DNA from: Paenibacillus antri
GTDB lineage: Bacteria; Bacillota; Bacilli; Paenibacillales; YIM-B00363
NCBI RefSeq assembly: GCF_005765165.1
Contig: NZ_VCIW01000004.1
Coordinates: 212,542 to 276,541, forward strand
DNA: 64,000 nt
Direction of reading: 5' to 3'
The translations under genes and the position numbers were made by a program. Each line of letters starts with the position of its first letter. Positions within the stretch are counted from its first letter, which is position 1. The notes under the pieces are model-generated. The model had not been told where the DNA came from. It saw nothing but the letters and a program-made list of their open reading frames with translations, and ran no database searches. Shown in pieces: positions 1 through 8,466 of the stretch.

Positions 1-166
1 AACACGACGTCGGGGGAAGAAGGCGAGCCCACGTCGCGGGTCATCTCGCCGCTGACGATCAAGTCTACGCTCACGATTCTAGTCACCGTTCCGATCCTGC
101 TCATCTACCCGTTCCTGCAAAAATATTTCGTCAAGGGCTTGACGCTCGGCGCGATGAAAGATTGAT
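1..166 (+). CDS. 3' end of a carbohydrate ABC transporter permease (LplC/YtcP-like), partial
   Basis: In-frame read from position 1 gives the hydrophobic C-terminus ...ILLIYPFLQKYFVKGLTLGAMKD, with a stop at 164-166. This tail is typical of the binding-protein-dependent sugar permease family. A matching solute-binding protein gene follows immediately. Confidence 0.6.
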
Positions 167-244
167 TTCACAGCCGTTTCCGTCTAGCATGGTACGGAAG
201 CTGCTTTGAGATAAATACTATAATCATTCGGAGGTCGCAAACGT

Positions 245-1951
245 ATGAGGAAAAGAAGCAGGTTCAATGTACTAACCGCTCTAACGCTGGCTGGCATCCT
301 GTTGGCCACGGCGTGCTCCAACGGAAATTCCGGCGAAGAACCGGCAACCCCGGAGCCCGAGAAGCAAGCGGAGCAGCCCGCGCCGACGACGCAGGAGCCG
401 GCGAAGGAAGAAGAACCCGCAAGAGAGCCCTTCACCTTCACGATGAACATGGACAATCCGAACATCAACTGGGATAACGAAGTCGCCGCGGAAATTACGA
501 AGCGCACCGGCGCGACGATCAAGTGGGATATCATTACCGGCGACTTCCGCGAGAAGATGAACGTATGGCTCGCGGCCGGCGACTACCCCGAAGTGATCAA
601 CATTCACGACAACACGCTGCAAATGTATATCGAAGCCGGCGCCGTTCTCGACCTGACCGATTTGATCAAGGAGCACGCGCCGAACATTCAGAAAGCCTTC
701 AATAACGACCTCTCGATCCTGCAGCATCCGGACGGTAAAATCTACGGCTTGCTGCAGCCGCCGACGCAGGAGGTCAGAAGACTCAATGATAAAGGTTGGA
801 TCGCGATTCAAGCCGCTGCATTGAAGGAAGCGGGTTATCCGGAAATCAAGACGCTCGAAGACGTCAGGAAGGTCGTCGTCGACTATATCGCGAAATATCC
901 GGAAATCGACGGCGGCAAGACGATCGGCTTCTCCAACTACGGCGCGGCCAACCAGCTGTATAACATCTTCGACACCGCAGCGCGCAGCTATGCCGGCTTC
1001 CCGACGACGGCGCAATACTTCGTCGACGATCAGAACAACGCTCGCCTGCGCTTCTTCGAGCCGGGCTACACGGACTTGTTCAAATTCTTCAACCGAATTA
1101 ACAAAGAAGGCTTGTTCGATCCGGAGTCGCTCGTTCAGACGCAAGAGCAATTCACGACGAAGTGCTCGCAAGGCCGCGTCGTCGTTATCTTCGGCGGCGG
1201 CGGCGATTGCAACGGCACGCTGGAAGCGAACGGCATGGAAGACCGTTCTTACGTATACTTCGATATCGTTGCGCCGGGCAAGACGAAGCTTCAGAACGAA
1301 TTTTCCAAAAATCCGAGCGTCGGCGGCGACATGTGGCTGTCGATCACGAAGAACGCCAAAGATCCGGTACGCCTGATTCAATTCTATGACGACATGTATA
1401 AGCTGGAAAATCAAATTTTGGTCGGTTGGGGTATCGAAGGAAAGTACTATACGGTAGAAAACGGGAAGCGCACGGTCACGGACTGGTTCATCCAGTATAC
1501 GAAAGATAACCCGAGCACGTTCTATGAGGATCTCGGCATCGGCTACGCGCGCCCGCTGTCCACGAACTACGCATCCGGCTTCACGCTCTCCGACGGCGAC
1601 TTCGCGATGTACTCGAGTTCGGAAAGCTGGGTTTCGAAGCGCACGAGTCAGACCGTTAACGACACGTATGCGAAGTACGGCGCGAAGACGGCTGCCGACT
1701 TGTTAATTAAGGGTCAACAGAAGGCGTACAATTTCGCGACCTCGAAGTGGACGGACGAAATCAAGACGTTCAACACGGAAGCGATCGCGGAGTGGGGCAA
1801 GGCGCTCCCGAAATTCATCCTCGAGAAGGATGAGTCGAAGCTGGACGGCATCTGGGCGGAGCTCGAAGCGACGCTGAAGGGCAAAGGTCTCGACAACCAA
1901 AACGCGGAAGTGACGAGAATCTACCAAGAGCACTTGGCGACGCTGAAATAA
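245..1951 (+). CDS. Extracellular solute-binding lipoprotein (LplA/YtcQ-type, family 1 SBP)
   Basis: 568 aa. Signal peptide with lipobox (LLATAC) followed by a Pro/Glu-rich linker. Large SBP paralogous to the SBP at 15427. Confidence 0.85.
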   Translation: MRKRSRFNVLTALTLAGILLATACSNGNSGEEPATPEPEKQAEQPAPTTQEPAKEEEPAREPFTFTMNMDNPNINWDNEVAAEITKRTGATIKWDIITGDFREKMNVWLAAGDYPEVINIHDNTLQMYIEAGAVLDLTDLIKEHAPNIQKAFNNDLSILQHPDGKIYGLLQPPTQEVRRLNDKGWIAIQAAALKEAGYPEIKTLEDVRKVVVDYIAKYPEIDGGKTIGFSNYGAANQLYNIFDTAARSYAGFPTTAQYFVDDQNNARLRFFEPGYTDLFKFFNRINKEGLFDPESLVQTQEQFTTKCSQGRVVVIFGGGGDCNGTLEANGMEDRSYVYFDIVAPGKTKLQNEFSKNPSVGGDMWLSITKNAKDPVRLIQFYDDMYKLENQILVGWGIEGKYYTVENGKRTVTDWFIQYTKDNPSTFYEDLGIGYARPLSTNYASGFTLSDGDFAMYSSSESWVSKRTSQTVNDTYAKYGAKTAADLLIKGQQKAYNFATSKWTDEIKTFNTEAIAEWGKALPKFILEKDESKLDGIWAELEATLKGKGLDNQNAEVTRIYQEHLATLK

Positions 1952-2004
1952 TCGCAATTGGAAGGGGCTGTTCCGGCACGATCCGGAACAGCCCCTTCGC
2001 TTCC

Positions 2005-3204
2005 TTATTCGCCTTCCGGGAGCCAGTGATGGTGCGTCGGCAGCGCGCAGCCGACGAACTCGTTGTCTTCGAGAAGGAGATCCCGCGTATGTTCTTCCAT
2101 GCAGATGCCGATCGTTCGATCCCGCGGCGCCTTCTCGAACGAAATCCGGTTCGCGACAAGCTCGACATGATGCGTATGACCGCGAATGCGGATGCCGACA
2201 TAGCCCATCGCTTCCGAGCCGTTGTCCTCGATCGTGTTCCATTCGACGCGATTGTAATTAGCCGCCATCGGGTCCCCTTCGTTGCGGAAGAAGATTCCGT
2301 AGTAGCCGTTGTGCGAAAGCCGGTTGTACCGAATCACGTTCCGAACGTCTTTATGGCCGATCGAAAGACCGTTCGAGCGGTTGCCGACCGCTTCGTTGTG
2401 CTCGACGACGCTGTCTTGGACTCTCCAACAGAGGAAGATGCCGTCCATGCCGTTCTCGTTAAAGACGCTGTCCCGGATCAGCGTATCGACCGTGCCGCTC
2501 CCGGGATGAATCCCCTTGCCGCCGTTGCGGACGCATTCGCAAGCGAGCACGCGAACCCCCGAACAGTGCTGATAGCTGATCCCGTCCCCGTTATAGTCCT
2601 TAACCGTGCAACCTTCAATCACGACGTTACGGGAACCGTACAGGTAGATCCCCGCGTTGCGGCACCCATCCGCGAGCGTGTTGCTCGTGTTCCCCTCCAC
2701 GATCAGGTTCCGAATTTCGATCTGCTCGCAACCGTTCGCGCCGATGACCGAGGTTTGCGTCGTCGCGATGCCGCCGTGCGCCAACAGGACGGTGGAATTG
2801 ATTTCGCGGTCGAGATGAAGCGTATTCCCTTCCTTCGCCGTGACGACGGCGACCGTATCTCCGAAGCCCATGCTTGCGGCGGCTTTGCGAATCGTAATCG
2901 TCTGGCCGACCTGGAATGCATCCGGGCGCTCCACCGTTATTTGCCGTTCGTGCAAATCGGCGTCGGCCGCGAGCGGCGAGACCCGTTCTTCGGATTGACG
3001 CAGCACCGTCTCGCCCGGAATGCCCTCCAGCTTCACATGAGAGCGCAGATGGATCGCGGTTTCGATCTGGAACGCGCCCCTCCCGATCCGAACCGTGCCT
3101 CCGCCAAGGTAAGACACATAGTCGATCGCGGCTTGGATGTCCCGGTTGGCCTTCCCCGGAGGGCTGTCCGGCGACTCGACGACCGTTACGATGATTTTCT
3201 CCAT
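2005..3204 (-). CDS. Right-handed parallel β-helix repeat protein (pectate-lyase fold; glycan-active enzyme candidate)
   Basis: 399 aa. Repeated N-G-x-x-I/V β-helix rungs (NGDGISYQ..., NGGKGIHPGSG..., NTSNTLADGCRNAGIYL). No signal peptide. The long antisense ORF at 2026-3303 is its shadow. Confidence 0.75.
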   Translation of the reverse strand: MEKIIVTVVESPDSPPGKANRDIQAAIDYVSYLGGGTVRIGRGAFQIETAIHLRSHVKLEGIPGETVLRQSEERVSPLAADADLHERQITVERPDAFQVGQTITIRKAAASMGFGDTVAVVTAKEGNTLHLDREINSTVLLAHGGIATTQTSVIGANGCEQIEIRNLIVEGNTSNTLADGCRNAGIYLYGSRNVVIEGCTVKDYNGDGISYQHCSGVRVLACECVRNGGKGIHPGSGTVDTLIRDSVFNENGMDGIFLCWRVQDSVVEHNEAVGNRSNGLSIGHKDVRNVIRYNRLSHNGYYGIFFRNEGDPMAANYNRVEWNTIEDNGSEAMGYVGIRIRGHTHHVELVANRISFEKAPRDRTIGICMEEHTRDLLLEDNEFVGCALPTHHHWLPEGE

Positions 3205-3311
3205 AACGTTCCCCTCGCTTCGTTATACAAGTTCTTATGCCATGTTCAGTCTATCATCGACGGATTTCCCATAGCGATGAGGCAATTCCAACGTTTACTA
3301 TGAGGATTTTA

Positions 3312-3324
3312 TACATTATGTATT
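3312..3324. promoter_or_regulatory. 13-nt perfect palindrome ATACATTATGTAT in an AT-rich divergent promoter region (candidate operator)
   Basis: Read directly in the 3205-3451 intergenic between the divergent β-helix gene and nagA. Coordinates are ±1. Confidence 0.3.
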
Positions 3325-3451
3325 GGATAAAAGTCGCTTAGTATAAATTAAAATCGGCTTGTAGGAGGGGGAGAACGATTCGCTATACCATGGAGATGTT
3401 CTCGTAATGCCCGGCGATCTAATATACAATTCAGATAGGGGAGTGAAAGCG

Positions 3452-4615
3452 ATGAAAAAATTAGTTATCAACGGTAAAATGTACACGAAACGCGGGATTC
3501 TCGATAACGGAAACCTGTTGATCGACGAAGAAGGTCGGATCGAAGCGGTCGGCGGACCGGAGGTAGCCGCAGGCTGCGGCGAAGCGTCGATCCTGGATGC
3601 TCAAGGAATGACCGTTCTTCCAGGCTTCGTCGACGTCCATGTTCACGGCGGAGCCGGGTTCCATACGATGAAAGGAACTTATGAAGATCTGAACGGGATG
3701 AGTCGGTTTCATGCGGCCCACGGCACGACGTCGTTCCTCGCGACCACGAACACGGATTCGAAAGAAACGATCGTACGGGCGCTGCGAAATTGCGCCGTCT
3801 CGGCCGAGCGGGGGCTGGCAGGGGCAGACCTGCTCGGAATCCATTTGGAGGGTCCATATTTAAGCGCCGCCCGCGCCGGAGCCCAAAACAAGTCTCAATT
3901 ATGCGCTCCGAACGTGGAAGAGCTTCAACGTTTCATCGATGCGTCGCAAGGTCTGATTCGTCTCGCGACGCTCGCTCCGGAACTCGACGGCGGCATGGAA
4001 GCGGTGGAGATGCTGTCGAAGGCGGGGATAACGGTATCGATCGGACACTCCGACGCGACGTACGCACAAGTGTTGGACGCTATTGGGAGAGGAGCTTCGC
4101 AAACGACTCACCATTTCAACGGCATGAGCCCGTTGCATCATCGGGAGCCCGGCGTCGCCGGCGCCGGACTCCTCTGCCGGGAGCTGACGACGGAGCTGAT
4201 CGCCGACGGGATTCACGTGCACCCCGCGGTCGTAAAGCTTCTGTTCGAAACCAAGGGCCCGGATCGCGTATGCATGATTACGGATGCGGTGTCCAGCGCG
4301 GGATTGCCCGACGGCGACTACGGCGACAGAACGATGAAGGACGGTCAAATCTGGTTGAAGGACGGCTCGAGCCTCGCCGGAAGCTCGCTGACGATGATCG
4401 CGGCGTTGAAGAACGCCCTTCGGTTCACCGGATACCCGCTCGAACGACTGTTGCCTTCCTTCACGGCGGTTCCGGCGCGGCAAGCCGGCGTCTCTCACCG
4501 GAAAGGGGCGCTTGAGGCCGGGAAGGATGCGGACTTTTTGATCCTGGATGAAGCTCTCTCTCTCGTGTCGACGTTCGTCAAAGGCAATGAGGTCTATAAA
4601 GCAACTAACGCGTGA
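3452..4615 (+). CDS. nagA: N-acetylglucosamine-6-phosphate deacetylase
   Basis: MKKLVINGKMYTK... then LPGFVDVHVHGGAGF and the metal-dependent amidohydrolase fold. RBS GGGGAG lies upstream of the ATG at 3452. The track ORF at 3407 extends upstream with no RBS. Confidence 0.85.
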   Translation: MKKLVINGKMYTKRGILDNGNLLIDEEGRIEAVGGPEVAAGCGEASILDAQGMTVLPGFVDVHVHGGAGFHTMKGTYEDLNGMSRFHAAHGTTSFLATTNTDSKETIVRALRNCAVSAERGLAGADLLGIHLEGPYLSAARAGAQNKSQLCAPNVEELQRFIDASQGLIRLATLAPELDGGMEAVEMLSKAGITVSIGHSDATYAQVLDAIGRGASQTTHHFNGMSPLHHREPGVAGAGLLCRELTTELIADGIHVHPAVVKLLFETKGPDRVCMITDAVSSAGLPDGDYGDRTMKDGQIWLKDGSSLAGSSLTMIAALKNALRFTGYPLERLLPSFTAVPARQAGVSHRKGALEAGKDADFLILDEALSLVSTFVKGNEVYKATNA

Positions 4616-4651
4616 AATACATAAGGAGTTCATCATTTCTTACGGAAAGGC

Positions 4652-5503
4652 GTGATTGTCATGTCGGTCGGCGTATTAGCTCATCTGTTCGGAAGCTTGC
4701 CTATAAGACAACTGGCCACGGAGGTGTCCGAGGCCGGATTCTCCCATGTACAGCTTGCGTTGTGGAAGGCGATCAGCGACGTCGATTTCTCCGAACCGGG
4801 GAAGCTGAGCCCTGGGTTAGCCTCGTACATCGGAGAAGAGTTCGCCAAGCGAGGCGTCTCGATCTCCGTGTTGGGATGCTATTTGCACCTGTACGACCGC
4901 GACGTCGAACGGCGGCGCGCAAATCTCGCGCGGTTTAAGGAGCTGCTTCGGTATGCTCGTTCGTTCGGCTGCAGCATCGTTGCCGCCGAGTCGGGAACGC
5001 TGCCGGGGGGCGATTACAACGAACAGGATTGGAAAGCGATGCGGCACGCGCTGGAGGAGCTCGCCGAGGAGGCGGAACGGTGGGGCGTCTTCGTCGGCAT
5101 GGAGCCGGCGAACGGCCATCTGATCGGAACGGCTTCCGAATTGAACCAATTGCTCGAGGAGGTGCCGTCGCCGAACGTCGGCGTCGTGATCGATCCGGGA
5201 AACCTGTTGACGGAGGACAACTTCGCGGCGCAGGACGACGTAATCCGGGAAGCCTTCGATTTGCTGGGAGATCGGATCGTCGCGGCCCACGCGAAGGATC
5301 GGTTCCTGTCCGAAGACGGCAAGCTGCTTACGGCGTCCCCGGGATACGGACGGATGAATTACGAATTATATTTGGAACTGCTTCATCGATATAAGCCTTA
5401 CGCGCATATCGTCATGGAGCAGGCGACTCGAGACGAGATGGCCGATTCCAAACAATATATCGAACGAATCCGCGCGGGTTACGAGAAACCGATAACGAAA
5501 TAA
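4652..5503 (+). CDS. Sugar phosphate isomerase/epimerase (xylose-isomerase-like TIM barrel)
   Basis: 283 aa. Motifs VIDPGNLL and EQATRDE match the AP-endonuclease-2 / TIM-barrel family. Confidence 0.75.
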   Translation: MIVMSVGVLAHLFGSLPIRQLATEVSEAGFSHVQLALWKAISDVDFSEPGKLSPGLASYIGEEFAKRGVSISVLGCYLHLYDRDVERRRANLARFKELLRYARSFGCSIVAAESGTLPGGDYNEQDWKAMRHALEELAEEAERWGVFVGMEPANGHLIGTASELNQLLEEVPSPNVGVVIDPGNLLTEDNFAAQDDVIREAFDLLGDRIVAAHAKDRFLSEDGKLLTASPGYGRMNYELYLELLHRYKPYAHIVMEQATRDEMADSKQYIERIRAGYEKPITK

Positions 5504-5511
5504 ACCATCTT

Positions 5512-5553
5512 GGGCTGCTCCCGCGTTACGTCGATGGAGGCAGCCCTTTATTC
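5512..5553 (+). terminator. Rho-independent terminator candidate
   Basis: GGGCTGC...GCAGCCC stem followed by TTTATTCGTT. Confidence 0.5.
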
Positions 5554-5634
5554 GTTCATACGGGATAAGGCGGACGCATATTCCGGACGGCGGTCTCATA
5601 AAGAGACAATACAATCCCGAGAGGAGGTTCCAAG

Positions 5635-6438
5635 ATGAGCGCGAAACCCTCGAACGGCCGTACTGCGCTCGTTACGGGCGCAAGCCGAGGCATCGGCAGG
5701 GGCATCGCTTTCTCCCTTGCCGAAAGCGGATACGACCTTGTCATCACTCATCTGAATGAACCGGAGGAAGCCGACCGAGCGGCCAGCGAAATCCAAACGG
5801 TGCACGGCAGGAAATGCACCGTACTCCAATCCGATCTATCTTTGCCGGGCGCGCCGGATGCGCTCGCCGACCGAGCGATCCGATCCGCGGGACGAATCCA
5901 TGTTCTCGTCAATAATGCGGGCGTTACGATGTTGTCGAAGCTCGTCGAGATGGAGACGGAGAAGCTGGACTATCTCATAAACTTAAATTTGAGAGCCCCG
6001 CTGTTGATGATGAAGGCGATCGGCCGGCACATGAAAGACCAAGGCATCCGCGGGAACATCGTCAACATCGCCTCGACTCGGGGCGAACGCGCCTATCCGC
6101 TGGACGCGGTGTACGGCGCGACGAAGGCGGCCTTGCTGCGGGCTACCCAGTCGGTCGCCTTGGAGCTGTCGACCCATGGCATTCGAGCGAATACCATCGC
6201 GCCCGGGGCGATTCAAGTCCGTGAAGGAATCCATGCGCGTAACGAGCGGCTGGCCCGGAACATTCCGCTGCAGCGCATGGGCACGCCGGACGATATCGGA
6301 AAGGCGGTCGCATGGCTCGTGTCCGACGAAGCTTCCTATATGACCGGCGCAACGCTGCGGATCGACGGCGGCTTGATCTTGCCCGGAATGCCGGAAACCG
6401 GGAGCGCCGCGGACGGCGGATGGGGGAGAGTCGATTAG
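5635..6438 (+). CDS. SDR family oxidoreductase
   Basis: Gly-rich NAD(P)-binding motif TALVTGASRGIGRGIA. SDR catalytic region (…YGATKAA…). 267 aa. Confidence 0.85.
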   Translation: MSAKPSNGRTALVTGASRGIGRGIAFSLAESGYDLVITHLNEPEEADRAASEIQTVHGRKCTVLQSDLSLPGAPDALADRAIRSAGRIHVLVNNAGVTMLSKLVEMETEKLDYLINLNLRAPLLMMKAIGRHMKDQGIRGNIVNIASTRGERAYPLDAVYGATKAALLRATQSVALELSTHGIRANTIAPGAIQVREGIHARNERLARNIPLQRMGTPDDIGKAVAWLVSDEASYMTGATLRIDGGLILPGMPETGSAADGGWGRVD

Positions 6439-6466
6439 CGACCTTAATTATTAAGGAGGGAAATTC

Positions 6467-7666
6467 ATGTCCTTAACAATAACGGACGTACGAACGATCG
6501 TCACGGCGCCGGACGGGATCAATCTTGTCGTCGTGAAAATCGAAACGTCCGAGCCCGGGCTGTACGGACTCGGCTGCGCCACGTTCACCCAACGTTACCT
6601 CTCCGTAAAATCGGCGGTAGACGATTATATGAAGCCGTTCCTGATCGGGAAGGACCCGCAGCGCATCGAAGATGTATGGCAGTCCGCGATGGTCAGCTCG
6701 TACTGGCGCAACGGCCCTGTATTGAATAACGCGTTGTCCGGCGTCGATATGGCGCTCTGGGACATTAAAGGCAAACTGGCGGGCATGCCCGTGTACCAAT
6801 TGCTCGGAGGGAAATGCAGAGAAGCCGCGGCCGTGTATCGTCATGCGGACGGACGGGACGAGAAAGAAGTCGAGGAGAACGTAAGGCGGTATATGGCGGA
6901 AGGGTATCGATATATCCGTTGCCAGATGGGCTCGTACGGAGGGAAAGACCATAAGATCGTCTCCCCCGAAGGCGCGCTCCCCGGCGCGTACTTCGACCCG
7001 GACGCATACGCGCGTTCGATCCCGCGGATGTTCGAGCATCTGCGGCGCGAGCTCGGCGACGAAATCGAACTGCTCCACGACATTCACGAGCGAGTCGCTC
7101 CGATCGAGGCGATCCGCATGGCTAAGCGGCTGGAACCGTACCGGTTGTTCTTTTTGGAAGACGCCTTGCCTCCCGAGCATCTCGATTGGTTCCGCAGCAT
7201 TCGAGCGCAATGCGCCACGCCGCTGGCGATGGGGGAGCTGTTCGTACACCCGCAGGAGTGGACGCCGCTCATCGTCAACCAACTGATCGACTTCATTCGA
7301 TGCCATATCAGCGCTATCGGCGGGTTGACTCCCGCGAGAAAACTTGCGGCGCTGTGCGAGGCGTTCGGCGTACGCACCGCCTGGCACGGTCCGGGCGACG
7401 TGTCCCCGATCGGTCACGCCGCCAACGTGCATCTCGATCTCGCGACGCCGAACTTCGGAATACAGGAGTGGAGCGGCTTCTCGGAACGGATGAAGGAAGT
7501 GTTCCCGGGTTGTCCTGAGGTTCGCAACGGATACGCCTACGCGAATGAATGCGCGGGGTTCGGCATCGAGCTCGACGAAGCGTTGGCGGCTCGATACCCT
7601 TGCCGTAACGTATTGCCCGCGTGGACGTTGGCCCGAACGCCGGACGGTACGTCCGTGAGACCGTAA
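6467..7666 (+). CDS. Enolase-superfamily dehydratase, D-mannonate dehydratase (ManD/RspA)-like
   Basis: N-terminal capping domain ...VVKIETSEPGLYGLGCATF... and MR/MLE TIM-barrel. Overall resemblance to the ManD/RspA subgroup. Confidence 0.8.
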   Translation: MSLTITDVRTIVTAPDGINLVVVKIETSEPGLYGLGCATFTQRYLSVKSAVDDYMKPFLIGKDPQRIEDVWQSAMVSSYWRNGPVLNNALSGVDMALWDIKGKLAGMPVYQLLGGKCREAAAVYRHADGRDEKEVEENVRRYMAEGYRYIRCQMGSYGGKDHKIVSPEGALPGAYFDPDAYARSIPRMFEHLRRELGDEIELLHDIHERVAPIEAIRMAKRLEPYRLFFLEDALPPEHLDWFRSIRAQCATPLAMGELFVHPQEWTPLIVNQLIDFIRCHISAIGGLTPARKLAALCEAFGVRTAWHGPGDVSPIGHAANVHLDLATPNFGIQEWSGFSERMKEVFPGCPEVRNGYAYANECAGFGIELDEALAARYPCRNVLPAWTLARTPDGTSVRP

Positions 7667-7674
7667 ATTACTTA

Positions 7675-8325
7675 ATGCCGCTAAGGAAAGGCGACCGCCT
7701 CGTTTTGGTTAAGCTAGATAAGACACTAGACCCAGAGGCGGCGAAGAGGATGGAACGGTATCGTTTCCTGGCAAAAGACACGGTAGAAGCGGCGGAGCGG
7801 CTGCTGGGATGGGAATTAGTCCGCAGGACGGAACGCGGCGTCATTCGGATCCGCATCACGGAGACGGAAGCGTACAAAGGCGGCGACGACCCGGCCAGCC
7901 ATGCAAGCCGGGGAGTAACCGCGCGGAATCGGCTCATGTTCGGGGACGTCGGTTACTTATATGTATATCTCATCTACGGGATGCATCATTGCATGAACAT
8001 CGTCGCCCACGAACCCGGAGAAGTCGGCGCCGTCTTGCTTCGGGGAGGAACCGCCCTGGAAGGAATCGATCTGATTCGTAGGAATCGACCGGGCGTCTCG
8101 GATAGGCTACTATTAGACGGTCCGGGGAAGCTTGCCCAAGGGTTGGGCATCGATCTGAGCTGGAACGGTTATTTCCTGCTCGAACCCGGCGCGTCCGCCG
8201 CCGACGGCTTGCGACTCGAACCGGGGCAGGCGGAAGGATCGATTAGCAGAACGCCGCGAATCGGCATTACGAAAGCCAAGGAGCTTCCGTGGCGTTTCGT
8301 ACTCGAACCTTCGGAATCCCGATAG
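7675..8325 (+). CDS. DNA-3-methyladenine glycosylase (Mpg/AAG family)
   Basis: Family motifs TETEAYKG, GxxxYxYxxYGMHHC and GPGKLAQGLGI. Start is uncertain: candidates at 7621, 7675 and 7750. The frame overlaps the upstream gene end. Confidence 0.7.
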   Translation: MPLRKGDRLVLVKLDKTLDPEAAKRMERYRFLAKDTVEAAERLLGWELVRRTERGVIRIRITETEAYKGGDDPASHASRGVTARNRLMFGDVGYLYVYLIYGMHHCMNIVAHEPGEVGAVLLRGGTALEGIDLIRRNRPGVSDRLLLDGPGKLAQGLGIDLSWNGYFLLEPGASAADGLRLEPGQAEGSISRTPRIGITKAKELPWRFVLEPSESR

Positions 8326-8330
8326 ACGGT

Positions 8331-8372
8331 AAAACCCCTGTATGGGCCGCGGCTCGTATAGGGGTTTTTATT
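8331..8372 (+). terminator. Rho-independent terminator
   Basis: AAAACCCCT...ATAGGGGTTTTT hairpin followed by a T-run. Confidence 0.7.
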
Positions 8373-8466
8373 AACTTCGTCAATGAAATCGAATCGCCTT
8401 TTCCATCCGGCTGCCGGAATGAATTATAATAGTGAAAATAGAGGCTGAGGAAAAGGCGGAGGTACC

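Noticed and set aside
281-1414. 377-aa minus-strand ORF overlapping the SBP gene
   Set aside because: Antisense shadow ORF typical of high-GC DNA. Arg/Ala-rich low-complexity translation with no RBS. The + strand gene has clear lipoprotein and SBP features.
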